This document shows, piece after piece, positions 26,987-37,042 of a stretch of DNA of 64,000 bases. A program made the position numbers and the translations under genes. The notes under the pieces were generated by a model, which was not told the DNA's origin, ran no database searches, and saw nothing but the letters and a program-made list of their open reading frames with translations. This stretch comes from Clostridiales bacterium (GTDB lineage Bacteria; Bacillota; Clostridia; Christensenellales; Pumilibacteraceae): assembly GCA_029070965.1 (NCBI GenBank), contig JAIEBI010000058.1, positions 14,135 to 78,134 of the forward strand, in the 5' to 3' direction. Every line of letters begins with the position of its first letter. The stretch's first letter is position 1.

Positions 26987-28537
26987 ATGTGTAATTATGG
27001 CTATTCCTCGCGGTACAAAAAAGGACCGCGCGCGCCGAGGGGACTTCTCAATAGAATTCAGTATATGTGCGAGTCTTTGCCGCCCGATTTCGAGGAATGG
27101 GAACATGGGATTTTCACTAAGCTGATTTTTTACAAGAAACTTGATAGAAAAACGGCGATAGGGCACTGTGAGTGTGGCGCTCAAGTCGAAATAAAGCCGT
27201 CGCGGTCGGGCAGCATTATAACCTGCCCGTCCTGCGGCGAGCAAGTTCGCGTTACTTACTCATGCGGCATTCACCAACAACGTTTTGTTACATATATCAG
27301 TCGACTCGACGACGGCTGGATTTGCAGAATGTTCGTTTCCAACAAATTAAGCTCTTTTACCAACGGTAGGGTATCCGTATCGCATTTCATGACTGAGGAA
27401 CAGCGCGATTGGCTGGGCGCGGACAGCGACTCGGTAATTAGCTTTCATCCGGTGTGGGGTGGCGACGAACGATGGCTTAAAGGTAGAGGTAGGACTCACG
27501 GCATGGGATATTCTGGCTGGAAAATCGACGAAAGACAGCTCGATACTTATCCGCATAATCTTACACGGTTATTTAAGGGTAGCGGGTATGAGTACTCTGC
27601 ACTGGATATTGCTTGCGAGCATTCCCGCGTTAGTCCTTTGAGGTATCAGCTTGAATATAAGCACAACCCTAAACTCGAAATGCTTTATAAGCTCGGTTTG
27701 TATATGGTTGCAGAGCAGATAATGTATGAGGATTGGAGCCATAATGCTCGGCGCATAATGGAAAACGTTAAATCGCTTAAAGACCTCGGTATATACAGCG
27801 CGGACGAACTCAAACAGTGCCATCGTCTAAAAGTCGAGCAGCTTATAGCAAGAAAAGAAGTCAAGAGCTGGGACATTCCCGAAACTGACATTTCTCTCGC
27901 CATTGATTTTGTTTGCAATGTGAACAGTCGATGCGGCGAAGATATGAAATACAGTTTTATAACGAGGCAAGGGTGGTATAAATACTATCTAACACAACGG
28001 TCCGAATATTCAAGCATCAGGAATTTCGTAGCAGATTACACCGACTATATAAGGGATTGCATAACGCTCGAACTCGACATCAACGATACGCAAATCAGTA
28101 AGCCGCATTCGCTGAAAACGGCGCACCAGCGTACACTTGCCGAGGTAAAAATAAAATGGGATAAGGACAAAAATCAGCTTATTCAAAATGTCTACGAAAG
28201 GCTGAAAGACCTTGTCGAATGGTCGAACGGTAAATACTGCGTTATTATGCCGCACAGCGCCGAGGAAATAATTACGGAAGGTAAACGACAGCAGCACTGC
28301 GTCGGCGGGTATTGCGATCGTGTTGCCAAAGGGACGTCCGTAATTGTTTTTATACGGCGCGAGGAAGCAAAGGACGACAATTTCTATACAGCGGAGTTTC
28401 TGCCGAATATGACCAAACTGAGCATAATGCAAGTGCGAGGACAGCGTAACGCACCTATGACCGATGACGTGAGAACGTTTATGTCGCAATATGAAAGCTG
28501 GTTCAATCGTCGCGCTCAGGCTAAGAATGTAGCTTAA
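26987..28537 (+). CDS. PcfJ-domain protein
   Basis: PHSAEEIITEGKRQQHCVGGY..IVFIRREE..FYTAE..QVRGQRN. Confidence 0.88.
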   Translation: MCNYGYSSRYKKGPRAPRGLLNRIQYMCESLPPDFEEWEHGIFTKLIFYKKLDRKTAIGHCECGAQVEIKPSRSGSIITCPSCGEQVRVTYSCGIHQQRFVTYISRLDDGWICRMFVSNKLSSFTNGRVSVSHFMTEEQRDWLGADSDSVISFHPVWGGDERWLKGRGRTHGMGYSGWKIDERQLDTYPHNLTRLFKGSGYEYSALDIACEHSRVSPLRYQLEYKHNPKLEMLYKLGLYMVAEQIMYEDWSHNARRIMENVKSLKDLGIYSADELKQCHRLKVEQLIARKEVKSWDIPETDISLAIDFVCNVNSRCGEDMKYSFITRQGWYKYYLTQRSEYSSIRNFVADYTDYIRDCITLELDINDTQISKPHSLKTAHQRTLAEVKIKWDKDKNQLIQNVYERLKDLVEWSNGKYCVIMPHSAEEIITEGKRQQHCVGGYCDRVAKGTSVIVFIRREEAKDDNFYTAEFLPNMTKLSIMQVRGQRNAPMTDDVRTFMSQYESWFNRRAQAKNVA

Positions 28538-28549
28538 CGGAGGTGTGTA

Positions 28550-28717
28550 ATGACTGAATCTATCAAATGCCCGTACTGCGGCACAACGACAACATTGCAC
28601 AAACATACAAAGCGTAGGGCGTGCGCTTGCCGGCGCTTGCATGAGTACATAGACGTTAACGGCAAGAAATACAACGTGCTGTACAAGAAAGGCGGCACAA
28701 AGGAGATTATACGATGA
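28550..28717 (+). CDS. Small Cys-rich phage protein (55 aa, below the ORF-track cut-off)
   Basis: RBS GGAGGTG; MTESIKCPYCG...CACRRLHE; ATGA overlap with the next gene. Confidence 0.6.
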   Translation: MTESIKCPYCGTTTTLHKHTKRRACACRRLHEYIDVNGKKYNVLYKKGGTKEIIR

Positions 28718-29142
28718 TCGATAAACGACATTTATTCAGAGGCTTTCACCCCGACGAGATCGGCAAGACAACAATCATACTCAACGGCGAGAAGATACGC
28801 GGCGAGTGGGTGTACTGGAATATTAAGGGAGAGTTAGTCAACTCCGAAACTGTCGAAGAATGTCCATATTTTGAATACGGATACAAAAAATCATACGTAC
28901 ACGAACTTGAAGTCATCCCTGAAACTATCGGACAATGGGTGATAATGGATAAACGCGGCAAGGATTTGTTCTATGGCGATAAGGTCAAGATCACTTTTGA
29001 CAATCGGGAAGATATCTCTTATGAAGAAGGGATAATCTGTTGGGATGATTGTGAGTTTTTTGTTAAAACACAAAATGAAGAATATGCGTTAATCCCTAAT
29101 AGAACCGAGGTTATCGGCAACAAGTGGGAGGAGGCAAAATGA
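28714..29142 (+). CDS. YopX-family protein
   Basis: RHLFRG..GEWVYW..PETIGQW..DKRGKDLFYGD..EVIGNKWE. Confidence 0.8.
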   Translation: MIDKRHLFRGFHPDEIGKTTIILNGEKIRGEWVYWNIKGELVNSETVEECPYFEYGYKKSYVHELEVIPETIGQWVIMDKRGKDLFYGDKVKITFDNREDISYEEGIICWDDCEFFVKTQNEEYALIPNRTEVIGNKWEEAK

Positions 29143-29612
29143 AATACGCAGAACAAACGACAGTATCAAGCGAACGCAGTCGTGCCGAGATAGAAACGAT
29201 ACTCGGCCGCTATGGTGCAAGCTCGTTCGCCTATATGTGGCAAGGCACGACGGCGCTCATACTCTTTGAATACAACGGCAAGCGCATTAAGTTTATGTTA
29301 CAGCTTCCGAGCCGCGACGATAAAACAATCAAATACACGCCGGAACGCGGCACGCTGCGCAGTAGAGAAGCGCAAGACAAGGCGTATGAGCAGGCTGTGC
29401 GGCAGAAGTGGCGCGCGTTGGCACTTGTTATCAAGGCGAAGCTCGAAGCCGTAGAAAGCGGAATAAGCGTCTTTGAAGAAGAGTTTATGGCGAACATAGT
29501 TTTGCCGAACGGACAAACAACTGCGGAATATATGCTTCCGCAAATCGACAAGGCATATCGGATTGGTGAGATGCCGCCGATGTTGCCGATGCTTAACGGA
29601 GGGACGAAATGA
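29139..29612 (+). CDS. Conserved hypothetical phage protein
   Basis: YAEQTTVSSERSRAEIE..WRALALVIKAKLEAVESGI; RBS GGAGG. Confidence 0.75.
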   Translation: MKYAEQTTVSSERSRAEIETILGRYGASSFAYMWQGTTALILFEYNGKRIKFMLQLPSRDDKTIKYTPERGTLRSREAQDKAYEQAVRQKWRALALVIKAKLEAVESGISVFEEEFMANIVLPNGQTTAEYMLPQIDKAYRIGEMPPMLPMLNGGTK

Positions 29613-29842
29613 AAGACTATGTTTGCAAATGCGGCGCAGTCAATGAAGTAGAACTTCGGCAGCAAGGAAACGCAACAGGATTGTATTGCAAAAAGTGCGG
29701 TCGGTGGCTTAAATGGGTAGGTAAAGACGAGTATTGGGCAATCATACATCGTTTTGAAAAGACTGGAAACACCGCGCCAACGGTTGAATTGCCCGACGAG
29801 TTGATTATCAATGGCGTGAAATATAGGAGAATAGAGAAATGA
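29609..29842 (+). CDS. Small zinc-ribbon phage protein
   Basis: CKCG...CKKCGRWLKWVGK. Confidence 0.7.
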   Translation: MKDYVCKCGAVNEVELRQQGNATGLYCKKCGRWLKWVGKDEYWAIIHRFEKTGNTAPTVELPDELIINGVKYRRIEK

Positions 29843-30186
29843 AAGCATGGCTTGTTAGGCGCAAAGATGAGGGTACTGCTACGGTAGTGTTTGCCGAAAC
29901 GAGAGGTAAAGCAAAACAGGTAGCAATGTGGTACTCGGATGGTTTTGAAGATGTTGGCTTCTGCGACATCGAAGCAACAAGGCTACCTGAAATCGATAAA
30001 TACTACAAAAAAGGTAAGATAGAAATGGATTGGGATAACCCACAAGACCGAATTGTTCTTGTTGATAAATGTGGGTTTAGGTGCGAGTACGTAGATTTGG
30101 ATTTATGCGATAAATGCTCCGCAAGAGAGTATTGCGGTGCGTATGAAGAATTTATCGATGCACGCGGCGAGGAGGATGACACATGA
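29839..30186 (+). CDS. Hypothetical phage protein
   Basis: Coupled ORF; VFAETRGKAK. Confidence 0.7.
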   Translation: MKAWLVRRKDEGTATVVFAETRGKAKQVAMWYSDGFEDVGFCDIEATRLPEIDKYYKKGKIEMDWDNPQDRIVLVDKCGFRCEYVDLDLCDKCSAREYCGAYEEFIDARGEEDDT

Positions 30187-30734
30187 AATCAATCATTAGA
30201 AGCGCAAAGCCTTATTGGATATATCTAATTCTTACGGGCAAGAAAACGGTCGAAGTCGGCAAGGAATATCCGAAAGCCGCAGATTGGAACAAGACGGTCG
30301 AAATGTATTGCAGCAAGGACATGCGGTCATTCAACCGTATTCCTGAAAAGGATCGTGCGTGGATGCGGAAGTATCTCGGAAAAGTGGCGTGTCGGTTTGT
30401 GTGTGATAAGGTGGATAAATATAATTATCATAAGGGGCTTACCAAATTCGGCGGTGAGTTGGGGCTGCCTATCGGCACTTACGATTCTTACTTGATTTTT
30501 GAAGACGATTATAAAGCAATGTGTCTTACATATGACGAAGTGAAATCTTATGGCGGAGGCAAACCACTTTATGGCTTACATATCACTGACCTCAAAATCT
30601 ACGACAAGCCGAAAGAGTTGGGCGAGTTTAAGAAAACCGTGAAGAAGTGTACAAACGACGTTTGGTATCGAGTAAAAGAATCACCTACTTGTCCGCCGCA
30701 GTCGTACTACTATGTAGAGGAGTTGAGAGGATGA
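30183..30734 (+). CDS. ASCH/PUA-like domain protein
   Basis: SIIRSAKPYWIYLILTGKKTVEV..PPQSYYYV. Confidence 0.7.
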   Translation: MKSIIRSAKPYWIYLILTGKKTVEVGKEYPKAADWNKTVEMYCSKDMRSFNRIPEKDRAWMRKYLGKVACRFVCDKVDKYNYHKGLTKFGGELGLPIGTYDSYLIFEDDYKAMCLTYDEVKSYGGGKPLYGLHITDLKIYDKPKELGEFKKTVKKCTNDVWYRVKESPTCPPQSYYYVEELRG

Positions 30735-30943
30735 AATTAGCGGGAATTATATTGATGTCAATCGGTGGCGGCGTTCTTGCATTACTCTTCATTGCGTTCG
30801 CTTTGAATGTCATTTGGGATTATGAACTGTTTGAAGATGAGAATGTCAACGGCAAGTACAATGGGAGCATTTTGGGCACTGTGGCATTTGTGTCAATCTT
30901 AGTGTTATTCATGGGCTTAATACTTTTTGTAATTGGGGTTTGA
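30731..30943 (+). CDS. Small two-TM phage protein
   Basis: Two hydrophobic helices; RBS GAGAGG. Confidence 0.6.
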   Translation: MKLAGIILMSIGGGVLALLFIAFALNVIWDYELFEDENVNGKYNGSILGTVAFVSILVLFMGLILFVIGV

Positions 30944-30953
30944 GGGTGAATTT

Positions 30954-31553
30954 ATGACCGACAAGCAAAAGAATTTTATCAAGGCAAAAGCAATCGCCGA
31001 ACGGAACAAAGAGCGGATAAAAGAACAAGCGCCGAATCTCGAAGATAGGACGGGGATATATGTGCTTACCCGCGAAGAAAATGGACTCCATTATGGATAT
31101 GTTGGTAAAGCGCAAAAGCAAGGTATAGTTAGCCGTCTTGCGCAACACCTATCGGGTTATGATCAATGGATAGATAAATCCATCCGAAAGCACGGTCTTT
31201 TTAGTGAAGATAACATAAACGGTTGGAGAGTGCTTACATACCAATATTGCCGTCCAGATGAATGTGACGAAGCGGAACGGGAGTTCATTGTTCACTTTGC
31301 TAATCAAGGCTATCAGCTCCGCAACGTTGAAAGCGGCGGCACAACCGGCAAAACCGACATAAACGAACGCAAGCCCGCACGCGGCTACCGTGACGGCGTA
31401 AAGCAGGGTGAGCGGAACGCTATAAAGAAAATCGCGCATTGGTTTGATAAGCATTTAAAAGCCGACTACAGGTCGGACAAGCCGTCAAAGAACGCAATCA
31501 AGGCGTTAGACCAATTCAATCAACTTTTACAAGGAGCGACCGATAATGACTAA
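30954..31553 (+). CDS. GIY-YIG endonuclease
   Basis: GIYVLTR..GYVGKA..RLAQH..E..YQLRN. Confidence 0.8.
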   Translation: MTDKQKNFIKAKAIAERNKERIKEQAPNLEDRTGIYVLTREENGLHYGYVGKAQKQGIVSRLAQHLSGYDQWIDKSIRKHGLFSEDNINGWRVLTYQYCRPDECDEAEREFIVHFANQGYQLRNVESGGTTGKTDINERKPARGYRDGVKQGERNAIKKIAHWFDKHLKADYRSDKPSKNAIKALDQFNQLLQGATDND

Positions 31554-31725
31554 GAAAATCAAAGATTTAACATTAAACGATATGCCTAAATGTTGGGATA
31601 AATTATATCATATCAATCCCGCTTTTATGTGCATGTTTACTGATGACGAAGAACGCTTTAATTATGCCAAAAGCACATTGCCCGAAGATGTCGGCAATAT
31701 GGAAATTGAGGTGGATAATGACTGA
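31546..31725 (+). CDS. Small hypothetical phage protein (59 aa)
   Basis: RBS AAGGAG; overlaps both neighbours by 8 bp. Confidence 0.55.
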   Translation: MTKKIKDLTLNDMPKCWDKLYHINPAFMCMFTDDEERFNYAKSTLPEDVGNMEIEVDND

Positions 31726-32194
31726 CGAGGAAAAGAAACTCAACGAAGCAATAAAGCAGAACGGCGTAGATACGCAGGCGGATATTCTTGATGAACCGAA
31801 ACGTCGTTACCCACAATATGTCGAGCCTCCGCATAACGAGCAAAAGACTATGACCGATGAACAAATCGAGAAAGGGTTGTATGCTTGTGGGGTTAGTCGC
31901 AAATGTGACGGTTGTCCTTATTTTGAAAATTGCAAAAAGGCGACTAATATCACGCACGATGCACTCGCTTACATAAATCGCCTTAAACGCGATAAAGAGC
32001 GAATCAAAAAGAATTGGAATATTGCAGTCAGCGTACAACGCGCAATATGGAAAGCGAAAGTTAAACGTGCGGGCAAAGACACGGCAAAAGAGATACTGCA
32101 AGATTGGTACGACGATACAAGGGTGCGGCTGGGCGAGGACGGCAAGTATATAATCAATTATGCCAAGAAATACGGCGTGGAGATTGGCGAATAA
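31718..32194 (+). CDS. Hypothetical phage protein
   Basis: RBS GAGGTGG; CGVSRKCDGCPY motif. Confidence 0.65.
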   Translation: MTDEEKKLNEAIKQNGVDTQADILDEPKRRYPQYVEPPHNEQKTMTDEQIEKGLYACGVSRKCDGCPYFENCKKATNITHDALAYINRLKRDKERIKKNWNIAVSVQRAIWKAKVKRAGKDTAKEILQDWYDDTRVRLGEDGKYIINYAKKYGVEIGE

Positions 32195-32204
32195 GGATGT
32201 AATC

Positions 32205-32345
32205 ATGGATGAATTAGTGATAATGGGAATTGTTGCGGCAGGACTGCACGTGATAATAGACATAGTATTAATGTGCGTTTACGCCAAGCGCAATAGAAAA
32301 AACAAGGAGGACAACCATGAACGAAATAGCGATATCGTCAAATGA
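32205..32345 (+). CDS. Small single-TM phage protein
   Basis: RBS AAGGA; one hydrophobic helix. Confidence 0.5.
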   Translation: MDELVIMGIVAAGLHVIIDIVLMCVYAKRNRKNKEDNHERNSDIVK

Positions 32346-32511
32346 CGTTAGTGTCGGGTATGAAACGCCGCAAGAGCGGCTTGCAAAATTGGGCGCAAAG
32401 ATTGTGCCGTACGAAACAAACGAGCGATGGGTGATTGATGGTCAGTTGGTTTACATAGAGCGGACACCGATTGATTGGCACAAAGCTTTTGCGCGAGGAG
32501 GGCAGACATGA
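32317..32511 (+). CDS. Small hypothetical phage protein
   Basis: RBS AAGGAGG. Confidence 0.55.
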   Translation: MNEIAISSNDVSVGYETPQERLAKLGAKIVPYETNERWVIDGQLVYIERTPIDWHKAFARGGQT

Positions 32512-32921
32512 CGACACAAGAAGTGAAAGACATGATACAGTCGGCAAAGTCGATTGAGCGCGAGAGCGTGCGGATGCAACAAGAGATCGAGCAGCGGCGC
32601 GAGGAACTGCTGAGCGTTAAAAGCGCTATTGGCGGTGAGCGCGTTATGAGTAGCGAGAAACTGTCAATGCCTGAGCGAGTGTATTTCAGCTTGGAAAAGC
32701 TCTATACGCAATATAGCGACGTATGCCAACGCTTGCATGATAAACGCGGAGAAATCGAACAAGCGATATCGACATTAGACCCGATAGAGCAAGAGATTGT
32801 TCGCGCGTGGATAAACGGTAAGACCGAGGAGCAAATTGGGACGACCGTAGGATATTCGCGGCCTACGATTGCGAGATACAAGCGGCGCATCTTGGTGAAA
32901 TTAACACATTGTAAAAGTTGA
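32508..32921 (+). CDS. RinA/ArpU-like (sigma70 region-4 HTH) late transcription activator
   Basis: ISTLDPIEQEIVRAWINGKTEEQIGTTVGYSRPTIARYKRR; last gene before packaging. Confidence 0.75.
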   Translation: MTTQEVKDMIQSAKSIERESVRMQQEIEQRREELLSVKSAIGGERVMSSEKLSMPERVYFSLEKLYTQYSDVCQRLHDKRGEIEQAISTLDPIEQEIVRAWINGKTEEQIGTTVGYSRPTIARYKRRILVKLTHCKS

Positions 32922-32972
32922 TATACCATGATACAATGACCCGTGTTATAATGGTAGTGTTAAAGATTATGC

Positions 32973-33026
32973 AAAGGCACTACTTGACATAGCGGCATGG
33001 CTGTGATACAATCAAGCAGTGCCTTT
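32973..33026 (+). promoter_or_regulatory. sigmaA promoter embedded in an inverted repeat
   Basis: TTGACA (32984)-17-TG-a-TACAAT (33007), flanked by AAAGGCACT / AGTGCCTTT. Confidence 0.65.
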
Positions 33027-33040
33027 TTGTTGGAGGCACG

Positions 33041-33472
33041 ATGGCGGAGTTTAGAGAGCGCGAGCATCCTCGCGGACAGCCTGATAATGCAGGACAGTTC
33101 GTCAAAAATGGTGAGGCGCAAGGCGGAAGTGCGCAATCAAAGGAGTATTCAAATCTTCCGAGTGCAGGGCAATTGGTTGAGCGCTATGAGCGAAAGTTTG
33201 GTACTGTCGACCGAGAGCAATTAACGCCAAGCGAATGGCGCAGGTATTATGATGCTATCGGGGATATTAAAGCAGAGACAGTTCGGGAGCGTAAAACAAA
33301 GAATGGGAATCGCTGGGTTATACTTAATTCCGACGAATTGCCTGACGGAACGAGAACGCCCGCAAGGCTGATTATTGACAACGGCAAGTACATTTCGCCT
33401 AAGGTCAAGACAATATTGACGTTTGATAATGATGACGAAATGTACGACTTAATGGACAGGTTGGGGAGGTAG
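33041..33472 (+). CDS. Hypothetical protein with N-terminal HPR motif
   Basis: FREREHPRGQPDNAGQF; RBS GGAGG. Confidence 0.75.
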   Translation: MAEFREREHPRGQPDNAGQFVKNGEAQGGSAQSKEYSNLPSAGQLVERYERKFGTVDREQLTPSEWRRYYDAIGDIKAETVRERKTKNGNRWVILNSDELPDGTRTPARLIIDNGKYISPKVKTILTFDNDDEMYDLMDRLGR

Positions 33473-33475
33473 AAT

Positions 33476-33709
33476 ATGTCTAACGGTCTACAAGGACGTA
33501 AAAGCGAAATGGTAGATTTATTTATCAAAAAAGCCAAAGAACGCGGATATGAAAAAGATGCGATGATAATCGGCGGGGCAATAGCGTTGTGTAAGCAAAA
33601 CCACAATGACCCTTGCGACACATTGCAAGCATTGATTGATTTAATCGATACTTGCAAAGACGATGATGAGTTCATAGCGGAGGCAGGACTTTTAATCGGC
33701 ATAGAGTAA
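33476..33709 (+). CDS. Small helical hypothetical protein
   Basis: RBS GGGGAGGT, 3 bp after the upstream stop. Confidence 0.7.
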   Translation: MSNGLQGRKSEMVDLFIKKAKERGYEKDAMIIGGAIALCKQNHNDPCDTLQALIDLIDTCKDDDEFIAEAGLLIGIE

Positions 33710-33789
33710 TTATAACTAACATTTTAAACCAACAAGCAAGGCATAAAATCCTTGCTTTTTTCATGCAAGAAAAAGGAGAGTGATGCAAT

Positions 33790-34173
33790 GTGGCGAACGA
33801 AAAAAACTTAAAACCGCCGCGAAGCACGAGCGAAGCAAGAGAAAGAGGCGCGAGAGGCGGGAAAGCGAGCGGCGAAGCGCGTCGGCGTAAACGTAGTTCG
33901 CGTGAAGTCTTGGAAATGCTCAATCGCCTTAATGCAACCGAGCAAGAGGCGGCGGAGCTTGCCAGTAATGGCGTGTCCAAAAATAATATGACGCGGCAAG
34001 TCCTCCGCATGTGGGGGCTACAAAAGAAAGCTGAGAGCGGCGACGTCGCGGCCAACCGCCTTATTCTTGAAGTACTTGGCGAACTCAATGCGCCTACCGT
34101 TCCCGATGACAGCGATAGCGGCTTCACGTTTAAGATAGAGGATTTCAGTAATGACGACGTTTCCGATACCTAA
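33790..34173 (+). CDS. Terminase small subunit (putative)
   Basis: MANEKNLKP..EARERGARGGKASGEARRRK; directly upstream of terL. Confidence 0.7.
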   Translation: MANEKNLKPPRSTSEARERGARGGKASGEARRRKRSSREVLEMLNRLNATEQEAAELASNGVSKNNMTRQVLRMWGLQKKAESGDVAANRLILEVLGELNAPTVPDDSDSGFTFKIEDFSNDDVSDT

Positions 34174-35485
34174 GCCGTATAAGCCGCTGCTCGACCCGAA
34201 AGTGCGAAAGATTGTTGAGGAAAGCGGGCGCTCGACAGGTAAGTCAACTACGAACGAAACGGTTGCGCTGGCGCTGACGTTACAAAGCAAGTACAACAAC
34301 GTGCTTTATATGCGTGCGGAGCAGCGCGACCTGCGGGATATATTCAACTCGACAATATCCACAATGCAAGGTCTTGGGGTAGAACGGTACTTCGAGAGCA
34401 AGACTTCACCGTTTGAAATAACGTGCATTGTGACCGGCGCAAAGATATATTTCCGCGGTATTAACGGCAAGACGGTTGACGACTTGACTGCGACCAAAGG
34501 CTTTACGCCGCAGTACAAAACACTCGCGCTGGCGATACTCGACGAGGCGAACGAAGTCAAATGCTTTAATCATGTGCGGGCTGCGGAAACGACCGTCAAC
34601 AAATTCCTACTGCCAAGCGCAAAGATTATCTATGCGTACAACCCGCCCGCGTCGCGTAGGCATTGGGCGAACATACAGTTTCCCGAAATGGTGCGCAACG
34701 GTGCGACACGCATTCACAGCACTTGGGAAGATATCCGCCGCTTGCTCAAAGCCGAGACGATAGAGGAAATCGAGCGGATGCGCGAGCAGGACCCGAAGCA
34801 TTATCGCTTTTGGTACGGTGGCGAAATTGTCGACCTTGAAGGCGCGGTTATATGGAGCTTTGACCGCAAAAAACACTTGTTGCCCGTATCGGAGCTGCAA
34901 AACCGAATACGCGCCAATATATACTATCAGCCGCTCGCAATGTTCTACGGCGTTGACAGCGGCATAACGAGCGATGCAACGGCGGTGAGCGCGTGGGGAT
35001 TATATCCCGACGGGCGACTTATTAAGCTCGACACAATGTACTTCGATATCGCCCGAGCGCGGCGATATACGGATATTAAGGGTTTTTCGCATACCGACCA
35101 AGTTTTATATATGCTTGATTGGTACAATGGCTTTAAAAAGCGTATGAGCGCCCTCGGCATTAATATCCCGCCGCCCGAATGTGAGCGGTGGTGCTTTGAC
35201 GGGGCGGCGCTTACGCAGGACTTGATGCTCGAATGGGAAAAGACAACGCATTTCAATTGCGTAGCAGTCACGAACAAGGACATAGAGCGCGATAATGCGA
35301 GACTTGTCAACAGCTATCAATCGGAATTGCTTGCAATCCTTGACACTCCCGAGAATGCTGTGTCGGTTGAACAGCTCGAAACGTTCAGCTATGATGAGAA
35401 CAACGAAATACCCGACGGACAAGCCGACCATACGATTGATGCGGACAAGTACGCGACGTATGAATTTTATTACAACTACATTTAG
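34151..35485 (+). CDS. Terminase large subunit, PBSX family
   Basis: SGRSTGKST Walker A, ILDEA Walker B, YNPP, GVDSG and DHTIDADKY nuclease motifs. Confidence 0.9.
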   Translation: MTTFPIPKPYKPLLDPKVRKIVEESGRSTGKSTTNETVALALTLQSKYNNVLYMRAEQRDLRDIFNSTISTMQGLGVERYFESKTSPFEITCIVTGAKIYFRGINGKTVDDLTATKGFTPQYKTLALAILDEANEVKCFNHVRAAETTVNKFLLPSAKIIYAYNPPASRRHWANIQFPEMVRNGATRIHSTWEDIRRLLKAETIEEIERMREQDPKHYRFWYGGEIVDLEGAVIWSFDRKKHLLPVSELQNRIRANIYYQPLAMFYGVDSGITSDATAVSAWGLYPDGRLIKLDTMYFDIARARRYTDIKGFSHTDQVLYMLDWYNGFKKRMSALGINIPPPECERWCFDGAALTQDLMLEWEKTTHFNCVAVTNKDIERDNARLVNSYQSELLAILDTPENAVSVEQLETFSYDENNEIPDGQADHTIDADKYATYEFYYNYI

Positions 35486-35494
35486 GAGAGCGTT

Positions 35495-37039
35495 ATGAGC
35501 TTTCAAATTCCACAGTATTTACAATCATATCTCGACAAAAAGAAAGACAGTCCGTATTCGAACTACGTCAACACGTCGGAGTACTACGCCAATACGAACG
35601 CGTATGTAATGAATTACCTTAACCGCGTTGTTAGGCAGTGCATGGCGTATGCGAATGGTGCGCAGGACGGAGCGTATAACAGCGGACTGTCGGCGAATAT
35701 CGGGTACACAGCGATTAAAAACGCGACAAAACTCATTAAGGGTGACAAAACGATATTTGCAGGTGACGATCACGCAACGGCGTTTTTGTCGGATACTTGG
35801 GCGCCGTATGCGCGGTTTGACATATTCCTTGAGGAGCTTATCAGCTACACGCTTGCGGGCGGCACGGCGCTTTTCAAACTCAACAAAGATTCGCTTGGTC
35901 GGTGTTCGCTGTCAGCGTCGCGCGTGGATCGTAACACGTTCACCGTTGTCGACAATGGCGACATAGTGGACGTAACGTTTATGCTTACGCTTCTATCAAG
36001 CACTACGAGCAATAACGTGAACGAAGCGTTGTGGCTTGTTGAGCGTCGATATTACGCGGAGGACCGCAAACCTACGGTTGTCTATCACGTTCACCGAAAA
36101 AGCGGCATTGCGGGCAATGAGACGATGCCCAATACCGATGGGGAAGGCTTGCCGTATGACGCACTCCCGCTCGTTGCGAAGCAAGCGGTTGAGCGACTGG
36201 GTATAGAGCTTGACACGCCTATGGAATTACCGTACCGCGACGGACTTGGCGTATGGGCGTCGCTCAATACGGCGACGAATAGCTGCGTACCTGGACTGCG
36301 CATGGGAGACCCCGCGCTGTACTCGACGCTTGACTTACTGTGGTCGATTGACACGGTATTTAGCGGCTCGCTGATAGACGTACTCAATGGCGAAGGCAAA
36401 GTTCTTGTGCCGAAGCGTTTTCTCGGCAATATCAACGCAGCGATACAAAAAGCGTTAAAAGCGCGACCGGACTACGGAACACTTGATGCGGTTGATGAGG
36501 GTGACAGCGGGTTTGTATATGTATCTACGCCGCATGACAAGGATTTCCCGCCTACGGACGTGCAGTTCGATATCCGCTCGGAGCAGTATCGCGGTATGTG
36601 GGAGCTATACCTAAAACAATTCGCAGTTGCGTTCGGTTACGCGCCGACAACACTGTTCCCGTATTTACAAGACGCGTCACCTAAGACGGCACGAGAAGTC
36701 ACGGCGGAAGAGAACTTGACGCGGGCGAGTGTGCAATCAGCACACCGCTTACTTATCCCCGAGCTTAACCGCGCGATTGCCGAAGTGTTGTATCAAGCAG
36801 GCTTTAAAGGCAAAGCGACATTGCAGCTTTCCGATTACATAGGCAACAAGCTTATGCGCGACGAGAACTTGCGGCAAAATTATGCGGCTGGACTTATCCC
36901 GCACGAAACGGCAGTGCAAATCGCAAACGGTTTGTCGGCAAAAGAGACGGCAGAGTATATGGCAAAGATTGCGACCGAGCAAAAAGAGACGGCATTCGGC
37001 GGCAAGCAGTATGACGACACTGATTATTTCGGAGGATAG
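35495..37039 (+). CDS. Portal protein (A118/SPP1-like)
   Basis: 514 aa after terL; KTAREV signature; QFDIRSEQY. Confidence 0.82.
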   Translation: MSFQIPQYLQSYLDKKKDSPYSNYVNTSEYYANTNAYVMNYLNRVVRQCMAYANGAQDGAYNSGLSANIGYTAIKNATKLIKGDKTIFAGDDHATAFLSDTWAPYARFDIFLEELISYTLAGGTALFKLNKDSLGRCSLSASRVDRNTFTVVDNGDIVDVTFMLTLLSSTTSNNVNEALWLVERRYYAEDRKPTVVYHVHRKSGIAGNETMPNTDGEGLPYDALPLVAKQAVERLGIELDTPMELPYRDGLGVWASLNTATNSCVPGLRMGDPALYSTLDLLWSIDTVFSGSLIDVLNGEGKVLVPKRFLGNINAAIQKALKARPDYGTLDAVDEGDSGFVYVSTPHDKDFPPTDVQFDIRSEQYRGMWELYLKQFAVAFGYAPTTLFPYLQDASPKTAREVTAEENLTRASVQSAHRLLIPELNRAIAEVLYQAGFKGKATLQLSDYIGNKLMRDENLRQNYAAGLIPHETAVQIANGLSAKETAEYMAKIATEQKETAFGGKQYDDTDYFGG

Positions 37040-37042
37040 TGC

